This document shows, one piece after another, positions 12,701 through 25,555 of a stretch of 64,000 nt of DNA (the stretch's first letter is position 1; each line of letters starts with the position of its first letter). Origin of the DNA: Neodothiora populina. Taxonomy: Eukaryota. The position numbers and the translations under genes are program-made. A model generated the notes under the pieces. That model searched no databases, was not told where the DNA came from, and saw only the letters and a list, made by a program, of their open reading frames with translations. The stretch covers positions 992,001 to 1,056,000 of the forward strand of contig NW_027191411.1 in NCBI RefSeq assembly GCF_041146345.1. The letters run 5' to 3'.

Positions 12701-14222
12701 CATCCCTTTTGTTCCACGCTCGCGGTTCCTATCATCAAGAAAGGAAATCCACACTGTTGTTCGGTGAACGGAGGATCCTTTCGAGGTGCATAGAAGGCTT
12801 GCGTTCACGGGAACCTCTGTGCTGGCAGCCAAATTGGGCCGTAAGGCTCCTTCCGTATTCGCCATTCGTGGAAGCACATGCTGGGCTGCATGCACCATCC
12901 TTCAGCTAAACTCTGCCAGATTCATGGTGAAATACCAAGTCGGACACCAGCCTGTATGGAAGTGGGGATTGGTGCGAATGCATGTTCGCATAGCCACTGC
13001 AGATATTCTCGCACTTTCATAGCATGCGACTTGCCGTGCACGCGACAATGATGTACGTCCAGGATAACGCTACATCACACTCCTTGTATAATTACGGAAG
13101 TCAAATGCGATGCGGTATGAGCTTCCTCCAAAACAAATGCTCGTTCTCGTTACGAAAGTGGTGCGTTGCACACGGCGCACTGTGTTTGAAATAGAATTAT
13201 ACCGTCGCACAACATGTGGTGGTGTGGCACCGAGCCGTCGAGTCGGTAAGGCATGCCCATGTATCGAGGATGCTTTGTAGCAAAGCAAGAATGGTCATGG
13301 TTCACGAGTCAAATTTCTGTATGATGTGCTCACAGTACTGTATGCATCAAAGACAATGGCTAGGTATGGTCCGGGTAGTGACCAAGTACAGTACATCACA
13401 GTACAGTAGCAGCGCAGCAGGTGAATCAATCAATCAATTTAATTACAATTAGTTGGATTCCACGGGCTTCCAACTATAGCCGCGGCTGGGAACGGCATCC
13501 CAGCGTTATAGGTGGGGAGATTTGGTTGGGCGCAAATGTGCGAGAAGCCAACTGCTCATCTAGCATTCGTTGCCCCTCCCCATCCAGGCAGACCGACTTC
13601 CAAAACATTGTGCAACTTTTTTGCTTCGTCCTTCTTTGCGCAAGTTGAATCTTCGAGTAAGGATTCAAGAGAGGTCTTTGCGACTCATTTAAGTCTCGGC
13701 TCGCAAGGTGTGCACAGGCTCTATTCCGTCTGCTTCAGCCACCTACTTATCATTCCCTGGCGCTCTGGCCCCTTTTCTACGCGGTCTGAAGATCATTGGC
13801 TGATTCACAATACATTATACCGTGTACCAACCCCCCCCCCCAATAAACTCGAAAAATATCTACTACTGTTGCTTGCTCTTCCTCAGTCTTCTATCAAGGG
13901 CCATTGTTTGTTGGCTATTGCGTGTGACTGATTGACAACACCAATCAGGCTTATATTAACAACTCATTCGCCTTCGACTCTCGCGAGATCTTGCTGGTCT
14001 CGTCTCGGATGTTCCACGAGAGTGTCATTCATAACCAAATGTTCGCTGCAAAGAATCAGAGTCGCGCCTTCCCTACCTCTTTTCCACCGCTTCATCGCAA
14101 GAGTTCAACTTCAGACTCGCGCTGAGGCTTGCATCAAACCGAATTGGAAACGCGGAATTTCTATCATATAGTCTGTAGCTTTAAACCAGCTACAGACAAA
14201 TCAAGAAGAAGAATATCAAAAC

Positions 14223-15428
14223 ATGTATCACGCATCTTACTGTCCTCCGTCGTACCATTCGGCGTACGATAAACCTGGATACTACTCGCCTCGCTATTCT
14301 ATACATACAGCGACCCCTTCGCCACGCTCATCGCCTGACAAACATCAGCGACGGGCGACTCACGACTACGCGTATGCGACGCCGCGTCGCACTTCGACAA
14401 CCTCATATTCATATGCCGACTATGCCAGCCCAGGATATACAACGCAGCAGCGCAAGCCCGACTATGTAAGTGAACCTATTCCGTCTCGAGGCAAATCTCG
14501 ACGCTTTGAGGATGGTCGCGGCGGCGCAAAATCCAAGCGCAAGTCTGGCACTTATCAAACCTCGCGGACCACTTTCACCTATCCCGATGGTGATTACCAC
14601 GCCTTCGACTCCAGTGAAGAGTATCTTCCTCGTTATGAGGAGCGATACCCACGAACGACGCCGCCGCCTCCATATACACGCGACTCTCATCAGAGGCACC
14701 GGGACGTTAGAGCTGATTACTATTCCTATTGTGATCAGATCCCTTCCCAGACAAAGGCCGAAGACTATGCCACGCATCACACGTCGCGCCCCAGGCGGGC
14801 CTCATACACTGCCAAGCCTCAGACGACGACTCCGAGGCCACGAGCAAACACGGGTCACTCCAAGCCGCCACCCACGCCACCCAAGGCTACGGACGAAGAC
14901 AGACGCAAAGCCGGCATCCCAGCAGGCTTCAACTTGAAGAACTGGGATCCCACAGAAGAGCCAATCTTGCTTCTCGGTAGCGTCTTCGATGCCAACTCAC
15001 TCGGCAAATGGATATATGACTGGACTGTTGCCTGGTACGGTCCCAATACACCCATGTCGGAAATTGCAGGTGACTTGTGGCTCTTGCTCATCCAATTGGC
15101 CGGGAAGATCAAGCGAGCGGAGAGTGTTCTGCCTAAAATTCGCCACAAAGACGACCGCGAATTGATTGGAGACTACCTCGACAGCGGCGAGCGACTGTGG
15201 CAACGCTTCAACAAGCTCCTCAAGATCTGCGAGTCTTTCATGTTGAAAGCAGCATCTCGGGATAGCCGAACCGGCAAGCCATTGCAGATGGGCCAAAACA
15301 GCGGCTGCGAGTTCGTTGACACCATCTTCGGCCGCGATCGAGAACTCGAGAGGACGGAGAAGTTGATGGCCGGCATCCGACTCTGGAGCATGCGCTTCGA
15401 TGCCAACTGTGAAGAAGTCCTCCGATAG
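14223..15428 (+). CDS. Conserved Pezizomycotina protein of unknown function (family often mis-labelled 'vegetative cell wall protein gp1')
   Basis: Single-exon 401 aa ORF with a Y/S/P/R-rich disordered N-terminus and a conserved-looking C-terminal domain IPAGFNLKNWDPTEEPILLLGSVFDANSLGKWIYDWT...RLWSMRFDANCE. Confidence 0.8.
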   Translation: MYHASYCPPSYHSAYDKPGYYSPRYSIHTATPSPRSSPDKHQRRATHDYAYATPRRTSTTSYSYADYASPGYTTQQRKPDYVSEPIPSRGKSRRFEDGRGGAKSKRKSGTYQTSRTTFTYPDGDYHAFDSSEEYLPRYEERYPRTTPPPPYTRDSHQRHRDVRADYYSYCDQIPSQTKAEDYATHHTSRPRRASYTAKPQTTTPRPRANTGHSKPPPTPPKATDEDRRKAGIPAGFNLKNWDPTEEPILLLGSVFDANSLGKWIYDWTVAWYGPNTPMSEIAGDLWLLLIQLAGKIKRAESVLPKIRHKDDRELIGDYLDSGERLWQRFNKLLKICESFMLKAASRDSRTGKPLQMGQNSGCEFVDTIFGRDRELERTEKLMAGIRLWSMRFDANCEEVLR

Positions 15429-17928
15429 AGGAGACAATATCAAAGCACGCCACACTACAAACAATCACCAAGACATCACATATCACTACATCAACAGCAC
15501 ATTACATTGCTTATCGCATCACGGCACGGCACGCACACCCAATGCAGTGCCATTTTACATCTTTTCGGGAGTGGGCGCCATGCGTACTTGCCTGCTTTAC
15601 CAGCGCTTCTATTCGAGATACCCAAATCTTTGCGCTTTCTGGTTCCACGGAAATGGAGTTTCATGAATACATCACCATGTAGATCGGGTCAACTTGCAAC
15701 CAACTTCGGCTCGACTAAACTTTCTCGAGTCATATCTCTTTCTTGATCTTTAAGCATGGCGTTGGCACAACTTACTTACAAGTGTGGGAGGACAAAAGTC
15801 TCATGACCATGTTAGGCCGGCTGGCCACTGCGAGTTTCCTGTCATTGTTACCTACATATACTCATTCTCATTCCTTGTTAATTAATCTATTTATATATCT
15901 ACTTTTAGGCCTATGATATGGCATACATGATTATACTCGTGTAGACACATATTACAAGTCCCTCATTTCAGCTGAAAAGGCCTCCCGCCCTCCTTCCATG
16001 TTTCCTATGAGGCATCTTCTGCAGGTACTTGTGCGACGTGATAATATCAGCCTCGTGGCCATTACACATGTCATGTGCTGAGCATGCCGTGCCAAACTTT
16101 TGAGGCTCTAGATGCGCTGTGTTATCCAACCACAGAGTCTAGAGACAGCCAGTGAACTATGCACATGTACGGCACACCGCAAGAGATGCCTTGATCAAGG
16201 TATGCCACTTTTTTGATAGAAGGCGTACAGGTGATATTCTAGCCACCACGTCGGCGATGCTCCCGCGCTTTGCCCACGTGTATGGACACAATCCAGGCAC
16301 CCACGGTTGCTAGGAAGTAGAGGCCGCCATTGCCGCCACTATGGAGCTTACCTACTACCTTACAGTACTACAAGGATCATCGCATCGTCAACATTCGCAA
16401 ACCCCAGATTAATAGTACCATAATTAGTTGCCCGCTTCGTACCGTACACTTCCACCCTCGATCTACCCCACCACACCCACTCAGTTCAATAGGGCGTATC
16501 GACGTGGTTCATGTCGGTCACATCACACAGGAGCCATTCACATAATACCCAGTTCGCTGGCAGCGGCGCTTACACAAGGCTTAGCTAAGGTCTTCTTTCA
16601 CCTTCCAGGGCTATTCGTGCCGCCGCTCGCATCGTCACCATCATCGTACCACGCCTCCTAGACTCCTTCCAGTATGTTCTTTCCCCCTGCTTGATCCCTC
16701 CTCGAATGGTACATGCAGCTTTGTTATTTCTCATCCTTCCAGAAAGGAAAGTAAAGAAACAGCACTTTTGCTCGGGCGGACGTACGTTTTCGAACGGTAC
16801 AGTCGTGATAACCCCTGTATGTGATCAAGCGGGTGTACATTACCATACAAGAACACAATCTCTCGTGCAGAAGGAGCAGCAGCAGCACCCATCGACCATC
16901 CACCCGACTGTCTCGTGGTTTCCTTCTTTTCGTCTGGCCCCCACTTGCCTAAAAGTGATAATTTGAGGAGGGGACGACAGAAAGTCTCCGATTCGTTACC
17001 TGTTGGTTACTCTTAGCGCTGCCCCTCGCCCCCTCTCTTCGGTGCGCCTTGTGCTTTACTCTTCTCGCCTTGCTTGCATGCATGCAATATCTCGCACATT
17101 TGTGGCCATACCCGGAAAGGTGTTGATGAAGTTCGCAAGGAGAGTCTTATCGCTTCCTGCAGATGAATAGATGAAAAGAAAAGCACCGCGGCACTTTCGT
17201 TGTGCCATAATCTGTATGAACTACTTTCTACGCGCGGCGGCTAATTCATCTAAAGAACTGAAAACGACAAGTCTACGAAGTCTCGCTTGCATTATCGAAC
17301 ACGTCTGTTTTTTCACTTCCCCAACCAACACTCCGTAAGATTGATTGAATTGATTGTGCAGTGGATCAACTACACAAACTCCGAAATGCAAATCTAAGAA
17401 AACTCCGGCTGATTTATCATATGCTACCCTTCATTGCTTCTTTCTTTCCACATTCCGAACCTCCGCTATTCGCTCGCTTTTCTCCAGTAGCGGGCGCAGG
17501 CTGGATTGACCGGCTGTGCAAACAACATAGCGGCCGGCTGTGTCTCTTCGCTGGCAAATCAACACTATACACGTTTGTTGTATTCTGCCCATGTGTGTGT
17601 GGGAGATCCGCACAAAGTCAGGCTCATAGCTGTCTCTGCTCTGCTGCGAGTGGACAAAGTCCATCCGGAGACATCGAGTGTTCGGAGCGGACGTGGGGGT
17701 CGTAGCTGGTCATGGTCTCTGGATGGCTTCCATGGGCGTTCTGACCTATCACGTCCCCGGTCTGAGCGTCACGTTCGCGAATGCCATCTTCTACTCACGA
17801 GGCGTGACTACGGCGGCTTCTTCATGCAACTTCTCAGGCTGTGTTCTCTGCTGCAAAGAACCTCCGTAGAAGTACTCAGCACAACTTGTAATGCCCTGCG
17901 TACTTTTGCAACCCTGTTGGAAATCATC

Positions 17929-19401
17929 TCATCCGCACGTCTTCTTAAACGGTGAGGACGACGACGATGGCGAACCATCGTCTCGCTTTCTTTTACATGT
18001 GGACTGTTCCTTCGATGACTCTTTTTTCTGTTCCACTTGTTTCATGTCATTATCTTCCTCGTCACTCAATGTGTTGGCTTCAGGATCATGCAATGCATTG
18101 ACGATCTTTTCTACAGCCATATCATCGCCTTCCTCAGTTTCGGCCAACTTGGGGTCTATCCAGCCATCTGTATAGCTGCCTCCGAAATCGATGATCCAGA
18201 GATCATCGTTGCTGTCCACCAAAAAGTTGTCCGCCTTGCAGTCTCCAAAGATCAAGTCATGCTCGTGCAGTAGGTCGACTATGCGCTTGGACTCGGTGGC
18301 CCATCTGTCACGTTTCCTTTGCGGGACGTCTTCGTCGAGCATGTGTGTTAGAGGCGTTGGTGATGAGATGTCGGTCATCATGAAACCCATGATATCTGTA
18401 TTGCTCCCATCATGGCGGACCAGTCCGACAACTTGGGGTACGTGAAATTGCATATGCAGGCCCAATCTTTCGATTTGCTTCATAAGCTTAATCTCTCGTT
18501 TCGTGGCGTCTGGTTGCGTGTCATCGATGACCTTGAGGAAGTGTTCCTTGTCGCCAACCCTGACTCGTGATGGATGCAAAGGCACAAGCATGTCACTTTC
18601 ATCCAGCACAACTACCTCCGACGGATTGAACCAAGGTATGTCGAGGTTAGTGACATACTTCGGTAGCCGCAGTCTCGGAGTCATTTGCTGCATTCTGTCG
18701 CTCAGCTCTTCAGTCTCTTCGAGCTGTACGGCAACAAGCTCAGAGCCGCGTATTTTGAGCTCGTAGAAGTTTGTCTCGGGATCGTACCATTCAGCCAGTG
18801 TCAGTCCTGCATCGTGTTCTTTCATATTGGGTGCCAATGGCGAGAAGATATTTCCAAAAGGTGCAAGCATCCAGTTTTGTAATTCTCTCTCGGGCTCCTC
18901 CTCTTCTGCTGGATCATGTAGCTTGACTTTGACGACTGGCATTGTTGCTTCGGGCATGGACATATCCACTCCACTATCGCTGGCTGGGCTCGACTCGCGG
19001 CACTCTGGACATATCCATTCTCCTTTAGGGGCTTCCTTGAGTCCGACGCAGGAGAAGTGATACCACTCATACGGACAATCTTCCTTTTCACAAGCTATCA
19101 TCTTCTGGTCGTTCTCCGGTGAGCGACAGATGCACCAGACATCTTCATCTCTTTGTTTCTCATCCGCATGGGGCTTATTCCGTGCCGACAGCTCCTGCCC
19201 TTGTGAAGCTGCAACCAATTCGTTGTACTGCTGCTCAAGGTTTCTGCCCCTTTTGCTTTTGGAGCGCATATCGGCAGCATCTGCAATGATGTGACAGCGG
19301 GTATCATTGACCCGCACAGTCATGGCTGAGCCATTGTCCTCGTCTGTGAAGAAGTCGAGAACATGCACTATCGGCGTACTCATATGCCTTGTTGCCGGCA
19401 T
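17929..19401 (-). CDS. Atypical protein-kinase-like protein containing an ING-type PHD finger
   Basis: PHD C4HC3 WCICRSPENDQKMIACEKEDCPYEWYHFSCVGLKEAPKGEWICPEC (about 19137-19000). Kinase-like motifs HFLK, KREIKLM, FGDCKADNFL and IIDFGG. First in-frame ATG at 19401. Confidence 0.85.
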   Translation of the reverse strand: MPATRHMSTPIVHVLDFFTDEDNGSAMTVRVNDTRCHIIADAADMRSKSKRGRNLEQQYNELVAASQGQELSARNKPHADEKQRDEDVWCICRSPENDQKMIACEKEDCPYEWYHFSCVGLKEAPKGEWICPECRESSPASDSGVDMSMPEATMPVVKVKLHDPAEEEEPERELQNWMLAPFGNIFSPLAPNMKEHDAGLTLAEWYDPETNFYELKIRGSELVAVQLEETEELSDRMQQMTPRLRLPKYVTNLDIPWFNPSEVVVLDESDMLVPLHPSRVRVGDKEHFLKVIDDTQPDATKREIKLMKQIERLGLHMQFHVPQVVGLVRHDGSNTDIMGFMMTDISSPTPLTHMLDEDVPQRKRDRWATESKRIVDLLHEHDLIFGDCKADNFLVDSNDDLWIIDFGGSYTDGWIDPKLAETEEGDDMAVEKIVNALHDPEANTLSDEEDNDMKQVEQKKESSKEQSTCKRKRDDGSPSSSSSPFKKTCG

Positions 19402-21036
19402 TGTGTTCGATTGTCTAGTAAGAACTGGAGGCGAGAGATGTGGTGACAAGAGTCAAAGTCAACAATGTAAGAATTAACAGGGATAAACAAGCATAAGAAA
19501 AGAAAAGGTAGGAGACGGAGGCTCCATATACTCGACTCACGAAGAAGACGCGTGAACGGTCTGTCACAGGCGAGACAAAGCAAAAACCACTTACGATTCC
19601 TAATCCAGCCTCTACGACTATCCTACTGTACATCACTCAGCTAGAACTGAAGAGCATTCGGCTCGAGGATCGAGACCAACGGATCGTAAAGAGGGCAAGA
19701 TAAACTACATCATCACTTTTCGTATACAGTATAGGGTGAGGGATCAGCAGGGCAGGGTGACTTCGATCTTAGTGCCGCTGCGATCTGGGGGCATCTCATT
19801 ACCGTACGTGTGGATAAGTGAGATAGGCTTTCGGTCGGCGGGCCCACGAGTGAGATGCCGTCTAACGCTTTTTCTTTCATGACGTTGCTGAGAAACATCA
19901 ATGTCGCGTGGGTAAGTCTCGGATATGCTGTGTGTAGAGTCCGCGACTCTGAGGACATTGACTTGAGATTATGGGAGTCGAAAGGCTGGTAGATAATAGG
20001 ACAAGTTACAATACAGTAGCTGTCGATTTGAGATTGAAATTTAATTGTCTCGAGGCAATGGTAAGGTACCTAAGGTAAGGCAAGTGAGCCACGTTGGATG
20101 ACGTCGCTGGAGAATATTAGAATAACCCTGGCATTGGCCTTCTGCACCTCATACAATACCTTAACATGTCCTCTACTTAGTGCCGTATAACAACCTTATT
20201 GAGCCTATGACGCCCAGCCATGTCAAGAATAATGATTGTATGCTGTGGCCAATAGCGGCTGCTGTCATGTCGAATTTGTCTACATCTTCGTAGTAGCAAA
20301 GATATTGAAGTGCTTGCTATCACATCATCCTTCCAAAGTCATAGAATTTATGCTATCTTGAAAGTCATACGCAAAGATACGGAAGCGCAAGCCTGTTGAC
20401 CACCAAGATGTGCATCTGATGCACTATCTGCATATACAATATATCGACATGTGTTGCAGCACAATCTAATCAATAAGATAACATGTGGAGCTCGACGAAG
20501 CCCTCGGTCATCGAGCGCCTCACGTTGACAGATCCTAGCTGCTACGATCTTTTGAGGACAGAGGAGCCACATGCCATAGTATTCTCTTCACTGCCTCTTG
20601 TCCGTCAGTGCCACTTGTAACATAAGAGTCTCATACCATGAAGTGACTGGAAGTGTCCTCTGATATGCTCACATCGGAGCCGCAGTCGTCCTAACATTTG
20701 AACAGCTTGAACGAAGACATAACAACCAAAGCCCCCGGACATACTAGCCGTCAATGGCTTTGCCATGAGCGAGGTAATTTGTGTAAGGATACCTTTGCAA
20801 GCTGTGAACCTCGGCCGAATTATTCGCCTCTGATGCGGACCATAGCGAAGATGGTCGCAATGCTTTGACTGGCTACAAGTGACCAATCAAGAGCCCAATC
20901 TGCAAGACTTGTCACAGCCAGAGCATAGGTCGTCATTTCTAAAGAGGTCGTCGTGGATGAAAATCGTCAAATCGTATCGTCAAGAGGCCATCGGGCCGTC
21001 GTGAGCTAGAAGAAGTGGTTCATCCCTTTTCGCCAC

Positions 21037-21303
21037 TCAGATATATCGGAACATGTTGTTCTTGACGCTTCGTTTCATGCTGACGGGCTGTCCATCTTCA
21101 TATTCGACACCAGATTCGCCGCCGTCTCCCGACAGGCCAGACATTTTCTGGCGAAGTTCTTCGTCTAGCTCGGCCATAGTCTTCTTCTTCTTTGTCATTG
21201 TATGTGGCTGGGCTGGCTCGGCTGATTTTGATGATGCATCAGAAGTTTCATGCTGATCTCGATTAGCTACTGCTATCGCATGATCCTGGCAATCAACGGA
21301 CAT
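21037..21303 (-). CDS. Small (88 aa) hydrophilic fungal protein of unknown function
   Basis: ATG-initiated ORF with conserved-looking C-terminus KTMAELDEELRQKMSGLSGDGGESGVEYEDGQPVSMKRSVKNNMFRYI; divergent from CEF1. Confidence 0.75.
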   Translation of the reverse strand: MSVDCQDHAIAVANRDQHETSDASSKSAEPAQPHTMTKKKKTMAELDEELRQKMSGLSGDGGESGVEYEDGQPVSMKRSVKNNMFRYI

Positions 21304-21706
21304 TGGATGAATCAGCTTGTTTTGTGTCTATAGAGTGCTCAGTAGTTGACTTGGAGCTAGCGGCGCGCCAAGACATGAACGAAGTAGGACTCGTCGAGGT
21401 GCTTCTTGCGAAGACCCTAGTGGAGGATCGCAAGCTTCCGGTATACATTTTAATTATGGAAATGGTAAGAAACCATCAGAGTCAAGTCTACTTGATCTTG
21501 TAGTCAACGTGAAAATAAGGACTCACCATTGCCAAAGGTCGATTACCAGGTGAATACGTCACAAGCAGAGGGCAACGCGGGTCCACGTGATGGCTTGCGA
21601 TTAGTCTTGGCATTCATTGAACATGTTCTTGAGGACTAACTACGACTACCTTCTCTATCGACATCGCCAGCGACGACACGCTTTTCATCTATTCTAGCTA
21701 AGAAAA

Positions 21707-24142
21707 ATGCCTGTCGTCAAGGGAGGTGTGTGGTAAGTGACGGAGCGCAACTTCTACATCTCTTCGATCTGCTAATACCTCTTAGGACAAACATTGAGGA
21801 TGAGATTCTCAAGGCGGCCGTGTCCAAATATGGACTGAACCAATGGGCGCGCGTGTCCTCACTTTTGGCGCGCAAGACACCCAAACAGTGCAAAGCGCGC
21901 TGGTCAGAATGGCTGGATCCCGGCATCAGGAAGGTGGAATGGAGCAAAGACGAAGATGAGAAGCTGCTTCACTTGGCCAAGTTGATGCCAACGCAGTGGA
22001 GGACTATTGCGCCCATCGTCGGACGCACCGCTACCCAATGCCTGGAGCGGTATCAGAAGCTGCTTGACGATGCAGAGGCCAGAGAGAATGACGAGCTGGG
22101 TCTTGGTGGTCCTTCAGGCGGAGAGGCTGCGGCACCAAGCGCAGACGATGTTCGCAAATTGCGACCTGGCGAAATGGACCCGGACCCGGAAAGCAAACCC
22201 GCACGACCAGATACTATAGACATGGACGAGGATGAGAAGGAGATGCTGAGCGAAGCGCGCGCTCGTCTTGCAAACACTCAGGGAAAGAAGGCTAAGAGAA
22301 AGGCGAGAGAGCGACAACTTGAGGAGAGCAGAAGACTGGCTGTGCTGCAGAAGAGGAGAGAGCTGAAAAACGCGGGCATAAATATCAAGGTCGTCAGCAA
22401 GAAGAAGGGACAGATGGACTACAACGCCGATATCCCTTTCGAGAAGGCACCTGCGCCTGGATTCTACGACACGGTTGAGGAGGAGACGCGCAACGAAAAA
22501 CAACGAGAAGCCTTTGACCCGCGCAAACAGCAGCTTGCCAACAAACGCAAGGGCGATCAGGAAGATGACAGGGATGATAGCAAGAGGAGGAAGAACGACA
22601 AGAGTGGTACAGCTGCAGCATACGCCGCCGCTGCTAAGGCCGGTCAAGCCCAGCGTCTCAGGGAGGCGGAGCAGAGCAGCAGGCGCCGTGGTCTTGCGCT
22701 CCCCGCTCCTCAAGTTGGAGAGAGTGAATTGGAAGAAATCGTGAAGATGGGCATCGCTGGTGAACGAGCATCGCTTGCTGCCGGTGGCAGTGACAACGAG
22801 GCTACCAGAGGTCTTATCGGGAACTATTCTGAAATGGTTGGTAGCACACCCATCCGGACGCCAAGAGCACCACAGGAAGAGGACCGCATCGCGAATGAGA
22901 TTCGTAATGCACGTGCCAGAACCGAGACACAGTCAGCCTTACTTGGAGGAGACAACGCAGAGCTATACGAGGGTGCCTCTACGACCGGTTTTGGTGGAGT
23001 AGCACCTAGTAAGCAAAGTACAGCAACACCTAATCCATTGGCGACCCCCTTAAGAAATGGAATGGGTGCTACTCCGGCCCGGAGACCCGGAGCAACCCCT
23101 CTACGCACGCCGCGTGATAATTACGGCCTTAACCAAGAAAACGGCATGCAGCTTGTCGGGCAGACACCAAAGGACATCCGTCGTCACGAACAAGCCATCC
23201 GAGGGGACCTTCGAAGCAAGCTTTCATCTTTACCAAAGCCAAAGGAGTCAGAGTGGGAACTCGAGCTACCGGAGGAGCAAGAGGAGAAAGCCCCTCAGGC
23301 GGAAATGAGTGATGAGGATGCAGCTATCAGAGACCAGCGCCTTCGGGAGACACGAGATGCCGCTGCCAGGGCAGATCTGAAGCGACAATCTCAAGTGATA
23401 CAACGCGGCTTGCCTAGGCCAACCGTGGTTGATGTAGACGCTATGCTCAAAAACGCCGCTGTCTTGAAGGATTCAATCAAGCGGGACATTGGCAAACAAA
23501 TGGCTCTACTTATCGCGAATGACGCAAGGAAGTTCGGTGGCGCCAAGATCAAAGGCTCGCATCAACCTGTAGAGATGTACGAAGATGACGAGATGCGTCG
23601 TGTCCGTCTAGAGGTTGCTTTAGAGATGGGCAAGGACGAACATGGCAGAAAGATTTTGCAGGAACAGTTTGGTCAGGCATGGGACAAGGCACATGAGCAG
23701 ACGATACTCCCTGGTCTTGCAGGATATGCTGAGGATGAAATTGACGAGCATCAATTAATGACTGAAGCTTTTGACGTAAGTTTGCATGGATACATGTCAC
23801 AATCGGCACGCTGACTGACATCCGTTACAGACCATCCAGGACGGTATCATCTCGACTGCAGAGAAGGGCAATGCATTGGAAAAGAAGCTTGCGAAACATC
23901 ATGGTGGCTATCTGGCGCGTTCGGTAATGCTACGAAAGAAAATATCTGAGGCGGCTGACTTTATGGCACGTACGAGCATCGATGTTGAGACCGCCAGGAC
24001 AGCTCAGCAGGCTGAGGGTGTTGCCATTACTGATCGTCTAGAAAGACTAAGGGACGAAGTCAGTCTTGTCAGTAGGAGAGAGAGGGAGGCGCAGGAGGAA
24101 TATCGAGCAAGGAAATACGAGCTCGATGGTCTCAGTGCATGA
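21707..24142 (+). CDS. CEF1: Pre-mRNA splicing factor Cef1/Cdc5L; exons 21707-21732, 21786-23775, 23831-24142
   Basis: [36 protein letters not shown]yb repeats. Canonical introns 21733-21785 and 23776-23830. Confidence 0.97.
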
Positions 24143-24703
24143 AGACTCGAAATCCGCACGCATCTTCGCCAATCCGCTCAAATGCGCATGTCGCCTAGGC
24201 GCACAAAGTCATACCCTAAGTAATAATTAGATAGAAGAAGCGACGGGTCATCAGCTTCGGTATCGGAGACGACTATCGCTATCGGTGAAACACCAAATTG
24301 CACCTTCTATATTGAGTCACACAAACACTGCACTCCCGCCCTGTATGTGTTCACATAGTGGTGTATGAGGTGATGAGTCATCCCCAACCAAGTGATGTAT
24401 TTGTAAAAAGGCGATATTGCTTGTATTACTGTCAGCAGGGCGCCTTGTTCGAGTCTGAGAATCGACCCCACCTCTTATCGCGGTTTAATGCCTACATGTG
24501 TACCTGCGACGATCGCACCAGTTGTTTAGTTGTAAAGACACAATCTGTCTTTCTCTGCTGTTTACAATTGACTCTTTTCCTTCCCCTTTCCTGCAATTCA
24601 CAAGTAAATACTTCGGATCTGCAGCAACCCGTCTTCAATTCGAAGCCAGTTGAAAATACAGACATAGAATAACCACAGAACTATATAAAACAGCGTGATC
24701 ATC

Positions 24704-25555
24704 ATGACATCCACCACAAGCTCATCCAGACCTGAAGCCCTCCCCAAGATTGTTTTCTACGATATCGATCACACTCTGACCCCCTCGACGCGCTCGTGGT
24801 CTCCTGCTACCGTGCGCACGCTGCTCGCGCTGCGTTACAGGAAACTTCCTTACACGCGCGAGGCAATCTCGTACCCAGACATTGCAGGGCTGCTCAAAGG
24901 CAAATACGTCCCTCCGCCTGCAGGCTTACGCGTGCCCTACACTCTGCCAGCCATCGATCTCATCTGGCCATCGTCCGCCGAAGTCCAAAATGAAGACTCA
25001 CAGCTCATCACCACGATAATGGACTCGGACCCCATCTCCAAGGCTCTCGAGACTCTAGTTCCTGTTTCCGATGCGCATCCTTCTCTGTTTCCCCTCGGTG
25101 AGGAATCGCATGCTCAAGTGAAGAAGATCCAAGCAGCCATTGGAGCCGCGAACCCCAAGATCGGCAAGTTCGTCTATGCTCGCGTGTTCCCGTTTTTGGA
25201 CCCTAGGGGTCGTGAATACTTCGTTCGGACTCGAGAATCGTGGATGGAGAACGGGAGGACATTCAAAGATGTCGAGAAGGAAGCTGACATGCCTGAGGCG
25301 GAGATCGTGGAGTGTTTCAAGCAGGCACTGGGAGACTTCGCTAAAGCGTATGCGGACGAGGCCGCAAAGTCAGGGAAGAGTGATGGTATCTACTTCGGTG
25401 GCGTGGCGAGCCCGTCTTATGCCGATTTTGTGTGCATTGCTTGTATCGAATGGTGGAGATGTGCGAGAGAAAAGGAGGTAGACAGGGCTTTGGCTGAGGC
25501 GGACGGAGGCCTGTTCAAGAAGATTCATGACGAGTTCCATGATTTGCTTTACTGA
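24704..25555 (+). CDS. Glutathione S-transferase (GST_N_3; GSTFuA/LigE etherase-like)
   Basis: WSPATVRTLLALRYRKLPY, YTLPAI, MDS, LDPRGREYFVRTRE and PSYADF motifs. TATA box TATATAAA at 24682. Confidence 0.8.
   Translation: MTSTTSSSRPEALPKIVFYDIDHTLTPSTRSWSPATVRTLLALRYRKLPYTREAISYPDIAGLLKGKYVPPPAGLRVPYTLPAIDLIWPSSAEVQNEDSQLITTIMDSDPISKALETLVPVSDAHPSLFPLGEESHAQVKKIQAAIGAANPKIGKFVYARVFPFLDPRGREYFVRTRESWMENGRTFKDVEKEADMPEAEIVECFKQALGDFAKAYADEAAKSGKSDGIYFGGVASPSYADFVCIACIEWWRCAREKEVDRALAEADGGLFKKIHDEFHDLLY

Noticed and set aside
14466..14471. Perfect GTAAGT donor inside ORF 14223-15428
   Set aside because: The frame is open through it and no convincing branch point/acceptor pair was identified.
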